A stretch of 64,000 nt of DNA. Source: Antedon mediterranea (Eukaryota > Animalia > Echinodermata). Shown here one piece after another: positions 52,301 to 64,000 of this stretch. The position numbers and the translations under genes were made by a program. The stretch covers positions 19,176,871-19,240,870 of the forward strand of contig NC_092676.1 in the NCBI RefSeq assembly GCF_964355755.1, written 5' to 3'. Within the stretch, counting starts at the first letter, position 1. Each line of letters begins with the position of its first letter. The notes below the pieces were generated by a model. That model did no database searches and was not told the origin of the DNA. It was given only the letters and a program-made list of their open reading frames with translations.

Positions 52301-54254
52301 CGTTGCATCCTAGTGTGAACCAAGCTTTAGCACTGAAAGATAATCACATTGTTGCTTTGCGTCCTAGTGGGAACCAAGCTTTAGCACTTTAAATATTTTT
52401 TCTTTACCCAGTGAGGCATCAAGTAAAGTGATGATTGAATTGCTTGGAACATACACAACAGACAATGCTTCTAAGGCCAGGGATGATGCACACAGGTGTA
52501 TAGTGAACACTTTAGCCGATCCTAACATTTATCTCATGGATCACTTAATTGCCCTACGACCTGTCAAGTTCTTAGAAGGCGAGCTTATTCACGACGTAGG
52601 TCAACATTTGAATATATTGTGGTTTACAGTAGTTTGTTTGATTTATGAATCCTACAAGAATATTGCTGGTGCCGGGATTTTCACATGTAGGTTTTGGTTA
52701 AAACCCATATAGCTAGTGGTGTTCAAATGAATCCCCTTTTTCCTAAAGTGCCTTTTTCAAACTAGGGAGTGAAAATGAGGTTAAATAATGATGATTTTTG
52801 GCTCTTTTGAGGAAAAAAGAACTCCCCTGTAAAAATTCTGGCTAAACGTTCATTTTGGTTATACCTTGCTGTGTGTGTGTAGCTGTGATAATAAATTACA
52901 TTCATGTTTTTTTCCAGCTTCTAACTATATTTGTATCTGGGAAGCTCATAGATTACATGGAGTTTCAGAAAGCCAACACAGACTTTGTTAAATCGCTTGG
53001 TAGGTTGTTACTTAATTTTAATCAGAGTCTTCTTGACTGTAGTTAGACTGGTGGTATCCTCAGATAAGATTTAATTCATATATTGGGGAAAATTATAAAA
53101 AGAGTTTCAGTAAAATAATTAATGGGATCACAAGTTAATATCTGGCATTAAATCACCTTGTTGCTCAATGATATTCAAGTAATCTTACAAATCTCAATAA
53201 GAAGCCCATATTCTATTTTTAAAAGGAAGGCCAGCGGGCTTGATTTCGAGATGGGTTTACTTTTGCAGACCAAAGACAGGGCTTCTTTTTAAGATTATTT
53301 TATTTTCGAAAAAAAGTCAAGGGAGATTATGGTGGATATATATATATATATACTAATAATAGTCCGTAGTTTTATTTTAGCCCTGATATTCCAATCATGG
53401 CAGTGAAACCATTATATTTGCAAGCATGTTACTCTATAATATTATAACACTGTATTAATAAAGTGGCAGTTGTTTTTATTCACTCGTACTTAACGAAGAC
53501 GTGATAATGTAGGATGATTAACGTCACTAAACGCGATAATCAAATTAGTTTCATTTAAACATAGGTTTGTCACACGAGGAAAACATAGCCAAGATGAGAA
53601 CATTGACATTGATGAGCATGGCCGTTGACAACAAGGATTTGCCCTTTGACCTTGTGATTAAAGAAATGCAGATGTCGGAAGATGAAGTGGAAGGCTTTAT
53701 TATTGACGTGGTCAGGACAAAAATGGTACGAGCCAAAATTGACCAATTGCAAAGGAAAGTTGTTGTCAGGTAAGAATAAAAAGAAATCCAATTTGAAATA
53801 TTAAATACCTTTTTACTTGAATTCATTCCATTATATATATATCTACTATATGTTTTGTAGATAGTTACCTTTTTGTAAATGTGTAATAATGTAAATTACT
53901 GTGTCTACGGAACCACTTTGGAAATCAATGCTTTAGCACTGAAAGCATTGATAAAGACTGAATTAATAAAACAAAGAATAATGATAAATGTTTTTATGAT
54001 TCATATTTTAATAATACAATTTATTTACTGGTAAACCCACTACCCCTCAGACTTTTAGCCTTAGGAAGTACAGTATAAACTCAATATTGAATTTTAATCT
54101 TTTTTATTTCAGTTTTTCAACCCATCGGACATTTGGAAAACAACAGTGGATGTTGTTACGAGAACGGCTTGAACAGTGGGAGCGAAACCTCGGACAAGTA
54201 ACAAAAGGATTGGAATCATTAAACACTGCCATTTCACAACAGACAGCACAGTGA
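49350..54254 (+). CDS. EIF3M: Eukaryotic translation initiation factor 3 subunit M (9 coding exons, 381 aa)
   Basis: Exons (plus): 49350-49391, 50053-50188, 50988-51123, 51489-51612, 52013-52107, 52412-52595, 52918-52999, 53565-53769, 54113-54254. All are GT-AG, in phase, and total 1146 nt. Motifs MSLPAFI, KVMIELLGTYTTDNASKARDDAHRCIV, PVKFLEGELIHDLLTIFVSGKL and KIDQLQRKVVVSFSTHRTFGKQQW resemble eIF3m (PCI domain). AATAAA at 54364. Confidence 0.97.
50204..50783. mobile_element. Two head-to-tail AGCTCTGT MITE copies in EIF3M intron 2
   Basis: Copy 1 (50204-50358) and copy 2 (50361-50783) are joined at TTA. Copy 2 carries the 21-bp expansion. Confidence 0.75.
50401..50715. repeat. 21-bp minisatellite, 15 copies (GTGATATGCCCAAATATGA[C/T]A)
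   Basis: Direct count of near-perfect units. It explains the repetitive spurious ORFs at 50378-50763. Confidence 0.95.
51208..51290 (+). mobile_element. tRNA-derived SINE fragment in EIF3M intron
   Basis: TAGCTTGGTGGTTAA...GGTTCAATCCTGACCTAGTGCCAGGGTTGTAACTCAC, similar to 14358-14510. Confidence 0.55.
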
Positions 54255-55319
54255 ACACTAGGTCACAGTGAACACTAGGTCAACATAGACGTTAAGAACA
54301 GTAACTCAAAAAGCGACTGATTGCGTTCATTAGTTATAATATTCATCTATTCTATATCATTAGAATAAAACATGGATTGGTGAAATTAGTTGTGCGAATC
54401 CAACGTTTTCACAGAGAAAAAATCATGCTCTGATGCTTGTCTTGCACAAGAACGCATAATAACTAATTTCCTGTGCTCTGATTGGTTGCGAAATTAAGCA
54501 GAAATGTATTTGGAAGATGAAAACATAATGCTTTTGATTTCCACGAATAAAATCTCCTAGTGCAAGATTGATATTAAAATCTTTATCTTTAGAACCATTC
54601 ACGAAAATCAGATTTTAGGAGTCGGTTCACATGTTTTGGTAATCATATTTTGAGATTTTAATTAATTGTGGGGTTCGCTGAAATTGATAAAGTAGCGGAA
54701 GAAACGGTACACACTAGGTGCCAGATCCACCAATCGTACTTACGTGAAATATTTTCATTGGATATGGAGTATTTTACTTAAGTCAATAAATATTTACTAA
54801 TTTCCCTATGCGGTATTCACTGTAAAACAGAACTTTTTTTAGCCACTTGTGGAGGTTTACGGACAGAAAAAGGAGAATTGTACACAAGCAAATTGATACA
54901 ATCTCAATCAAATGTACCTTTCATTTAATCAAATGAGAAGGTGTTTAATATAATAAATACAAATAATGAATGTTTTGTATACGTTAGATGGTGGAGAATA
55001 TTTCAGTCAACACATGAAATATTCTCCACCATCCAACTCATAAACATTCATTATTTTTATAACAATTTAGTTTGAATATTGTAATATTTAGTTTCTTTTT
55101 TTTTTAATATCATAACAAATGTTGCCCTCTGTACCTTGTAGTACTTTTATCATTAGTTCAATTCTTACCAACTTCATTGCTTATACAATAAAGTTCACAG
55201 ACGACAGATCGGGCTTTACATGTTTTTGTATTTTTACATTTTACTTTTTTTACTTTAGTGTTTTGACCAAATTTCGAACTTTATATATTGATTTTGTTTA
55301 TTTCCATATGATAGAGATT

Positions 55320-57120
55320 TAAATTGAGGTAATATGCGCAGAATCTTTTTTTTTCATGGCCAATATATATTTTTTTTTAATATCTAGGCCTATTGAGGTA
55401 ACATGAGCATTATCTGATATTTTTTTTGAAAAAGTGCTATGTTTCATAAAATGTATTGAGGTAACAAGCAAAGAACACATTAAACAGGCAAAAATATTGA
55501 TTTTTATAATATCGTGATATAGTAACCAGTTACGACAAAAAATAAAAGAGTCCAAGTTTTGCCATTATTCGAAAATGCCGAAAAATATTCAAAATATGTT
55601 GAGGTAACATGCGCAGAACACATTGTGATTTAAAATGGCCAAAATACTTATAGTACAGGGAATTTTTCGAAAAATGCTATGCTATATGTGTGCGTATATT
55701 GCTTTGCATCAACATCAAGGTCGAAAATTGGCAATTTTTTGAAAAAATCCCTATACTGTAGTACAGGGAAATTTTCGAAAAATAGCCAATTTTCGACCCT
55801 TTTATTTTTTGACATAAATGGTTACTATTGCATAATAAACATGCGCAGAGATGAATAATGGGTTCTGTGCATGTCTATTGTGCTACAGTAACCAGTTTTG
55901 ACATAAATGGTTACTATAGCATAATAAACATGCGCAGAGGCGAATAATGGGTTCTGCGCATGTCAATTGTGCTATAGTAACCAGTTTTATCGAAAAATAT
56001 AAAGGTCGAAAATTTTCCATTTTTTGGAAAAAAATCCCTGTACTATAGTACAGGGAAATTTTCGAAAAATTGCCGATTTTCGACCCTTTTATGTCAATTT
56101 TGCTACAGTAACCAGTTTTGACATAAATGGTTACTATAGCATAATAAACATGCGCAGAGGCAACTAGTGGGTTCTGCGCATGTTTATTATGCTATAGTAA
56201 CCATTTATGTCAAAAGTAACCACTTTTGACATAAATGGTTACTATTGCATAATAAACATGTGCAGAGTCGAATAATGGGTTCTGCGCATGTCAATTGTGC
56301 TATCATAACCATAACCATAGTTAAAGTGGTTACTTTTGACATAAATGGTTACTATAGCATAATAAACATGCGCAGAGTCGACTAATGGGTTCTGCGCATG
56401 TTAATTGTGCTATAGTAACCAGTTTTATCGAAAAATAAAAAGGTCGAAAATTGGCCATTTTTTGAAAAAATCCCTGTACAGGGAAATTTTCTAAAAATGG
56501 CCGATTTTCGACTCTTTTATTTTTTGACATAAATGTACTATTGCATAATAAACATGCGCATTTATGTCAAAAATTATTACTATAGCAAATAAACATGCGC
56601 AGAAGCGACTAATAGGTTCTGCGCATGTTAATTGTGCTATAGTAACCAGTTTTATCGAGAAAAAAAAGGTCGAAAATTTGTCATTTTTTTGAAAAATGGC
56701 CGATTTTCGACCCTTTTATTTTTTGACATAAATGGTTACTATTGCATAATAAACATCCGCAGAGTCGACTAATGGGTTCTGCGCATGTTAATTGTGCTAT
56801 AGTAACCAGTTTTATCGAAAAATAGAAAGATTGAAAATCGATTTTCGACCCATTTATTTTTTGACATAAATGGTTACTATTCCATAATAAACATGCGCAG
56901 AGACGAATAATGGGTTCTGCGCATGTCAATTCTGCTATAGTAAGCAGTTTTACATAAATGGTTACTATAGCATAATAATCATGCGCAGAGGCAACTAATG
57001 GGTTCTGCGCATGTTAATTGTGCTATAGTAACCAGTTTTATCGAAGAATAAAAAGGTCGAAAATTTGCCATTTTTTGAAAAATCCCTGTACTATAGTACA
57101 GAGAAATTTTCCAAAATTGT
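55320..57120. repeat. Tandem array of alternating palindromic modules
   Basis: Module A is GGTTACTATAGCATAATAAACATGCGCAGA-loop-TCTGCGCATGT...GCTATAGTAACC. Module B is GGTCGAAAATTGGCC...TCCCTGTACTATAGTACAGGGA...TTTTCGACC. Degraded copies flank the array out to ~57870. Confidence 0.9.
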
Positions 57121-59349
57121 TTTTCATGTTTCTTGTATTTTTACTTTAGTTTTAAGTATTAATTTAAGAGGGAGAATATTCAATAATAATATCATTACGG
57201 TTTTCACATAGTCTCTCTCTAAATATTCCAGAAATAAAATTAATACTCTAATGATAACTAAACAAGTTTAAGTGAGTATTGAATAAAATAACTATTGACA
57301 ATTATTCGTAGGGCAGTACCAAATTATTTTATGTTTAAAACAACAACATTACACAGCTTGCTGTGCAATTAACACCATTGTTGTGCACTTGAATGGGTTT
57401 CCTATGATAATAGGTGTTAATAATATGTCATTTGAGTGAGTCTTTCATGGCATTTGTAGTTGAGTTAGTCTTTGGTGACAATAGTAACACACACTTGTAA
57501 TTGAGTGGTATTTTGATTTTTAAATTTCATATTTCTAGTTAAAATTTTGAATATCTGAATATACCACAAAGGTGTATCATTCCCTAAATAGCCCAAAAAG
57601 CTAAAAAAAGTGATTTTTGAAAAATGTGTCAGTTGAGTCGTTCTTTCATGACAGGGCAGTATAGTACAGGGATTGTTTCCAAAAATGCCCAAAATATCGA
57701 CTTTTTAGAATTCAATTCTTATGCGATTATATTGCTATATGTGCGCATATATTGCTTTGAATCAACTTAAAGAGCCATATTACACAGTTTTGTCGAAAAA
57801 TAAAAGAGTTTCAATTTGGGCATATTCTGAAAAAATACCCATGCATATTCAATAGAGGGATTTTTTTAACAGGGATTTAAAATACTTAAAAAAACACATT
57901 GGTTGTGAATGCATATTATGAACATAATGTATACTCACTGTAAAAAAAAAGATATCAAAAAACCACAAATTTAATTTCCCATGATAAAACAGATGGAATA
58001 ATTTATTGTAATAATAAAAGATATAATAACATTAGCAGTCTATGCTGTATGAATCCGCAATACATGAATTCAACAAAATATAAAAATGAGAATGACCGAT
58101 TAACAATATTTTCTCAAACAAAATTTGCATTAATGTTAACTAAAATGATATTATGACTAAATACATAGTGAAGGCATGACGTCCAGTCACAAGCAATTCA
58201 TTTAAACCCCCTTATAACCACACACACACACAAGAAATTAAATTATTACTAACATATAAATAAAAAAAAAGTGTAAATTTCATAACATTGATTGCACTAA
58301 CGAATATATACAGAGTCATTGCTTCACATAATGACCGAAATCTGGTTTACGAACTGGAACTTAAAATAATAAGGATTGCAAATAATTTGTTTACATCTGA
58401 ATCAAAAGTTTAATATCTCCTATTCTTACATAGAAATCGATGAAGTGATATTAAAGTCTATATGCACTACAATGTATAAAAAGGAAGGAACTCTACTTAC
58501 AATAACTTACAATAACTTTCGACACTTATTTATTATAAAACTTTTATAATTATGAGAAAACAAAACAAAAAGATTTGAACATACTAGATTGTGTTAGGAA
58601 AAGCTCAATGCAATAAAACATATATGTAGCCTATACTGTATATATAAACTTAACATAGTACAAGTTTATGTATATATATATATTTATATAGTATACATTG
58701 ACAGAAACAATACATTTGTATGATAATAATTTTATAAAATGGTATATTACCCTAAATGAAAAACAAAACATGATGTGCACTAGTAGTACTAATTGATAAA
58801 TGAGCATAATAATTGATATAATTAGTACACTGTGTCATGTGTCAATACATTTGGTGCAAAATGGATACATTAATACATTGTGTACACATATTGTTATATT
58901 AGTACATTGTGTGTACCATGCAACTGGTAATAGTGCATTTACTATTTACTATAGTGTAATATAAATATTGATGTAGTACATAGTATGCAGGTATTATTGA
59001 AATGATAATAAATAAGTATTTATTGACAGCCATGTAATATTACTTATTGTTAAATTTACACTATGAAAGAACATATCATTTTGTGAGGTTAAATACTCCT
59101 AATTGCATAATCTTATACTTATACTTAACAAAATTGTAAATAAAATGAATAAAACAAATTTTAAAGCATACAGATAATATTGCATGCAATATAACAAATA
59201 CAGTTATTTACTTTAAATAAAATGATTTTTTAAATATAATGTTGATTGAAGATTATTTGTCAGATTATACCAAAAATTAAATGTCATAAAAATGACACAA
59301 TAAAGTAGTTTTGATACAACTTCTGTGAAATAAAATGTTTTCCTTTTTT

Positions 59350-59505
59350 GCTTGGTTCTCACGTGGACGAAACGAAAGAACGTAACACGTAACTAACTTG
59401 ACCAATCACGGCGTGATGGATTGTCCAAACTGTCAATTGTGATTGGTCAACTCACTTATGTTGCACTTTACGTACTTGCATTGCATCCTAGTGGAAACCA
59501 AGCTT
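59350..59505. mobile_element. ~155-bp palindromic MITE (GCTTGGTTYCCAC TIR family)
   Basis: GCTTGGTTCTCAC ... GTGGAAACCAAGC, with internal TTGACCAATCAC/GTGATTGGTCAA. Related copies at 2218-2370 and 52148-52385, the latter with a triplicated right end. Confidence 0.7.
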
Positions 59506-61831
59506 TAGTGACGTTTCAAAAGTGTCAATTTAAAAAAACCCCATTCTATGAATTTTAGTGCCCTATCTTTCAACATTCATATTACTAAATACATATCTGA
59601 TGATGAGACTGAAATAAAATAATTGTAAACTTAAAAAACCAATAATATTCAACATTATATTTATTATTTATAATTAAAAAAATACTAATTAGTCATAATT
59701 ATACAATGGTGGTTATAAAAGCATTAATATCATAATAAAATAATATGGTAAACACACACATACTGGTCTACTCTTAGGATGAAAAAACAAATGTGCCTGT
59801 TTTAAAATGTATATGTAGTGCGATGATTTATTCTCATAATTGAATTATAATTTTATACATAATAATTTTTAATGCGATGTTATTACCAAATCTCTTGGGT
59901 CATATTTCACCTATTCTGTTCATTTCCTGTATTTCTTAAACATGATGATCGCAAACAAAACCCTAAAGTGCACAAGCATCAGAACAAAGTGTTGGGACAA
60001 CTTTCAACTGCGTATGTGGCTACCTCAAATAAAAAACTTGCTGTAGTCACAGACCAATGAGAAACATTCGCAAAGTTAATGTTTTGACATGGATCTTAAA
60101 CCAATAACTTTACTTTATAAAAAATGTGATGTGCACATATATGGACACGATGATGTCATATCACAACCATATTTGGGGACCTCACTCATTTTCATAGAAT
60201 CTGCAACTACACAGAATTCAGAATTAATAAAATCAAAGAAAAGCGGGTGAAAAAACACATACAACTCTGGTATGGATCTTATATAAACTAAAAATTCAAT
60301 ATTATCATATCATGACACCATTCTCTCATCTTAATATTCTTGTACATCTTTATGTAAAATTTTATATTAATAATTTACAGTTAATTATATCAATCAATAC
60401 ATTATATAATTTTTACTACAACTATTTATTTTATACATGCTGGAATGGAACGATTAAATAAAACAAGATAGCATATTTGCCCATTACTAAATCATTAATA
60501 TTTTCCTCATTGCCTCTGATTAATTTATCTGGTATAAATTAATGTCTTCTTCAATATTAACAAAGCAATACACATCATAAATATAATTATATAATACAGA
60601 GCGATTGATTATAGGTTGAGTGCTGCTGTGGAAATATTATTTTAATTTCCAAAATTTGGTAAACTATTTATGATTTCATATAAAATATTTTACGATTTAC
60701 TAAAATATATTTCTTGTGTGTACAATTAACAATATTTAACGGTCAATTTTAAAAAATAATTTTAAATTTGCAAATATTTTTGTATGTGGTCTAAAACAAA
60801 CAACCAAAATGATACAATATTAAAAATTGTTAAAAAATATTTTACCGGTTATATTACCGATTCCAGCCATATATAAAATGTAAAATTTATTAATTTAAGA
60901 ATATTCCTGCGAACAAATTAGTATTTGTAACATATCGAAACATGAACAATAGACTTTAGTAGACCAATTATATTTCTTATTCAATGTACTTAAATATCTG
61001 TTCATACTGTTTGCCATCAGTGTATTGTGAATCATCTTGATTATGCGTGTGTGAACAGCCTTTAAAGTTATACACCAATTATTGTGATATACTACATTTA
61101 TTCTATTTATTACTTTAAAATGGGAATTACTATATTAAAAGTGAAGAATGTTGTAATTGTGAGTAACACCAGATTCTAAATGATATCAAAACATTATTAC
61201 TTATAAATACAAGCACACATTATCAATAAGGGAATTTATCCCGCTTAACAACAACAGTGTTCCGTCTCTATGACGATGACCTCGCTATAGTGCAATCAAC
61301 TATGAATCTACACACTTTTACAACATAGTTCTCTTATAAACAATATACACAATACGTATGCATGTTATTGCTATTCAAATAGATTGCAATCATAGGTTAT
61401 TCTTTTTCACTTTAATAAATACATGTACCGACGATTGTCTCCACCAAACTAGCAATTCACAATGTGGTAAAGCAACAACCTAAACAAATAATGTTATTAG
61501 TGTGATGAACTATGAACTGTAACCTTTGAACCCATTCAAGACTGTGACATAGATGAGAAATTGCCAGCATCATTTATACTTTGTTTAGATTTGACCCTGT
61601 TTAGTTGATTACAAGTTGTAACCTTCATATTGATGTTGTCATGTCATCTTATTGACGATGTCATCACACATCATCTTTACAGATGTCATTTTATCATCGT
61701 CATTAACATCAATGACATTAGATGACTTCTTCTTGTTATTTGATATTTTAAAGGTCAAACATTTTTTTGTGACATACTGTGTGATGCAATTGTCACCAGA
61801 TGTCTCTTTGTCCCCAATATGTCCATCTGTT

Positions 61832-63683
61832 TTAATTTGTGATGCAGTCTTGAATCTTGTTAATCCATTCGTCAGCTTCTTTTTTATTATTGGCAAGAAA
61901 ATGGTAATATCTTGTACTTGTCTTCATCTGTAATAAAACCAATATAAAGCATGAATTATTATACAGGCCCCCTATAAATATCCATACATACAATGTGCCA
62001 GTGTTACCATGCTTACATACCTTAAAACCACAAACTGGCGAATTGGTTACATCGGCCATTTTTGCGACATAAAACATTCACAAATTAAAAAAATACAAGT
62101 AATTACTGCAACAATATCGTGTATGCTCGACCTTTGTGTTATAAAGACACTAATACATAAGCTATTGTATACAGTAGTAGGCCTACAGTACTCGCGAAAG
62201 TTTAGTGCTGGCGAAAGTTTCTGGTTTTACAGTATGCAAGCATGGTAACAGAGGAATTACATACATATCAATGAATTACATTATAGACAGAATACTTAAA
62301 TATAATGGATGAATTAGTTCCATATTTATACAGATCACTTCCATATACAAGTAAATTAGTTCATATATGGGTGAACTTGATCCATATATAAGCAGATTAC
62401 CTCCATATATGGATGTATTACTTACATATATGAAAGAATTGTCATCTAGCTTAGGAACACCTGGCAAGTTGCTGGAGTAATTGTCATGTTTTACAGTTTC
62501 TACTTCTTTTAGGTCGATTGTCCCTTTACAAGTTTCCTCGTCTTCTGGGTCATAGTAACGAAGCTATAATGAAACAAGTAGTAAAGCACGTCTATAAACA
62601 ATTGCCTTATAATTGATTTTGAACAGTTGCTACTTCTTGTGCGTTACATTGTTACATTGTATTTAAAAAATCCTTTTTAAAGTTTTTATGTTTTACTGCA
62701 TATGTAAAGAATCATTCTATTTGTATGTCAAATATGAACAGTAGAACTTGTAATGGGACACATTTAGGACCAAAAAGCCTCCCCTTAAAGGCCAGACGAG
62801 CGGTAATGGTAATAAAAATATAGAATCTAAGTTATCCCTTATGACCACCATTTACACGTAGAGCGGACAGATGGTTTCCGTTAAGAATAGATAGATTCAA
62901 CATGGGACAAGCTAAGCGGTTTGTCTAAGCGTCTGTGTATATTGGCCTTAATAGAGTGTCCCCTCTGAACAGGTGTTGGCAATAGTGTTGAAACATATAT
63001 TGCCTCTTGTTCATTTCATGGGAAAGTGTTATCTTTATAAAGGAGGGGGTACTGTTTTCTTTATTGTGAAAAAATGTGATACAAAAATAAGGCATACCTG
63101 GTGCTTGTTGGGATCTAACTTGAAGTACCTTTGTTTCCATTGACGTAACCTAGCGCCTCGCTTGTATAAATAACCTTTATGACTAACAATTTCAACAGCT
63201 TTAGCAGAAAAATACGTGGCTAGAAAAACAGACAAATAAATGCATTAATCTTGTTAAATTAATGTGAGCAAACTCATGTACAGTATACGCATACGTATCC
63301 GTATCAGATATACGAATACGTTATTAAATACGGTATTGATGTCAAGCTACACAGAATGTGTGACTTGGACACAAATTTTACCCATACGTATACGGAGGTT
63401 GCCCAAAATTCTGATTATATTACACATAACATAGAGAGAGCTTTGATTTGTGATGACTGATGACCTAGGAAGAACAAAATATAGTAATTTTGACATTAGG
63501 AAATAAGTAAAACAAACATACTTTCCGTGTCGTTACTGACTGGTGCGGTGATTTTGTTATCTTCTGTCTGTTTATTACTTTGATTAGTTGGTTCTTTTGA
63601 TGAACCTCGTCGTAAACATTGCTTTGGTACTGAATTGACACATTTTTCATGACAACTAAAACCACAATCTGCACATATCATCC
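61832..63683 (-). CDS. SBF2: Myotubularin-related pseudophosphatase SBF1/SBF2 (MTMR5/MTMR13) orthologue; last four coding exons (end of C1 domain + PH domain); gene continues beyond the window
   Basis: Exons (minus): 63683-63522 (GMICADCGFSCHEKCVNSVPKQC, C1 tail), 63219-63098 (KGYLYKRGARLRQWKQRYFKLDPNKHQ), 62563-62426 (LRYYDPEDEETCKGTIDLKEVE), 61927-61832 (MKTSTRYYHFLA...EWINKIQDCITN*). All are GT-AG and in phase. The PH domain resembles the SBF2 C-terminus ([29 protein letters not shown]...CKGHIDL). A single invertebrate gene is probably co-orthologous to SBF1 and SBF2. Confidence 0.88.
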
Positions 63684-64000
63684 CTGTAAAAAATTACAAG
63701 AAAATGTTATTAGTGTCAAAATTAGGTAATATTCTTACATTTACATTGAAGACACACCATATATTATGTGAGAAAGTTATTGAGAAACATGAATGCCTCA
63801 TTGTCTAAAGCTCTGTCTACACTATTAAACTTTATGCATGTCAACGACCTACTGGTTCCTTGATAATGATGAATTATATCGATTCACAGTGTTTTGTCTT
63901 TTAGAGATCCATACAGTAAAGCACCTGCTATTATTTTTTACCCCAGCTCTGTCTCTTCTCTTCTCTTGAAGTATATTGCTAATTATTTTCAAATCGCTTA

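Noticed and set aside
63850-64000. Next upstream SBF exon at the right edge
   Set aside because: No frame gives the expected first half of the C1 domain, so it is treated as intron.

Overview
AT-rich eukaryotic genomic DNA from an intron-rich invertebrate, probably a deuterostome such as an echinoderm (inference from Deu/Nin-like SINEs, abundant TAGGCCTA motifs and an invertebrate-type Sbf domain order). I reconstructed four conserved genes exon by exon from GT-AG boundaries and reading frame. They are COMMD9 (minus, 7 coding exons, 198 aa), PTGR3/ZADH2 (minus, 12 coding exons, 351 aa, C-terminal SKL), EIF3M (plus, 9 coding exons, 381 aa) and the last four exons of an SBF1/SBF2 (MTMR5/13) orthologue (minus, C1 + PH domains). 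The left 25 kb has no recognisable gene, only LINE/SINE/MITE remnants and two orphan minus-strand exon-like segments. Between PTGR3 and EIF3M is a 6.9-kb nested transposon complex. A CAG-ended element with a 5-bp TSD contains a near-identical copy of itself, ends of related elements, a Helentron-type non-autonomous element and an uninterrupted 5'-truncated CR1-group RT ORF, and the whole unit sits inside a TTAA-flanked MITE. Other notable structure: TAGGCCTA/CTAG palindrome-rich tracts just downstream of first exons, minisatellites derived from MITE internal sequence, a palindrome array with template-switch signatures, and a duplicated element carrying paired optimal TCF/LEF motifs. No prokaryotic features, CRISPR arrays, rRNA or bona fide tRNA genes were seen. 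All homology calls are from recognition by eye, not database searches.
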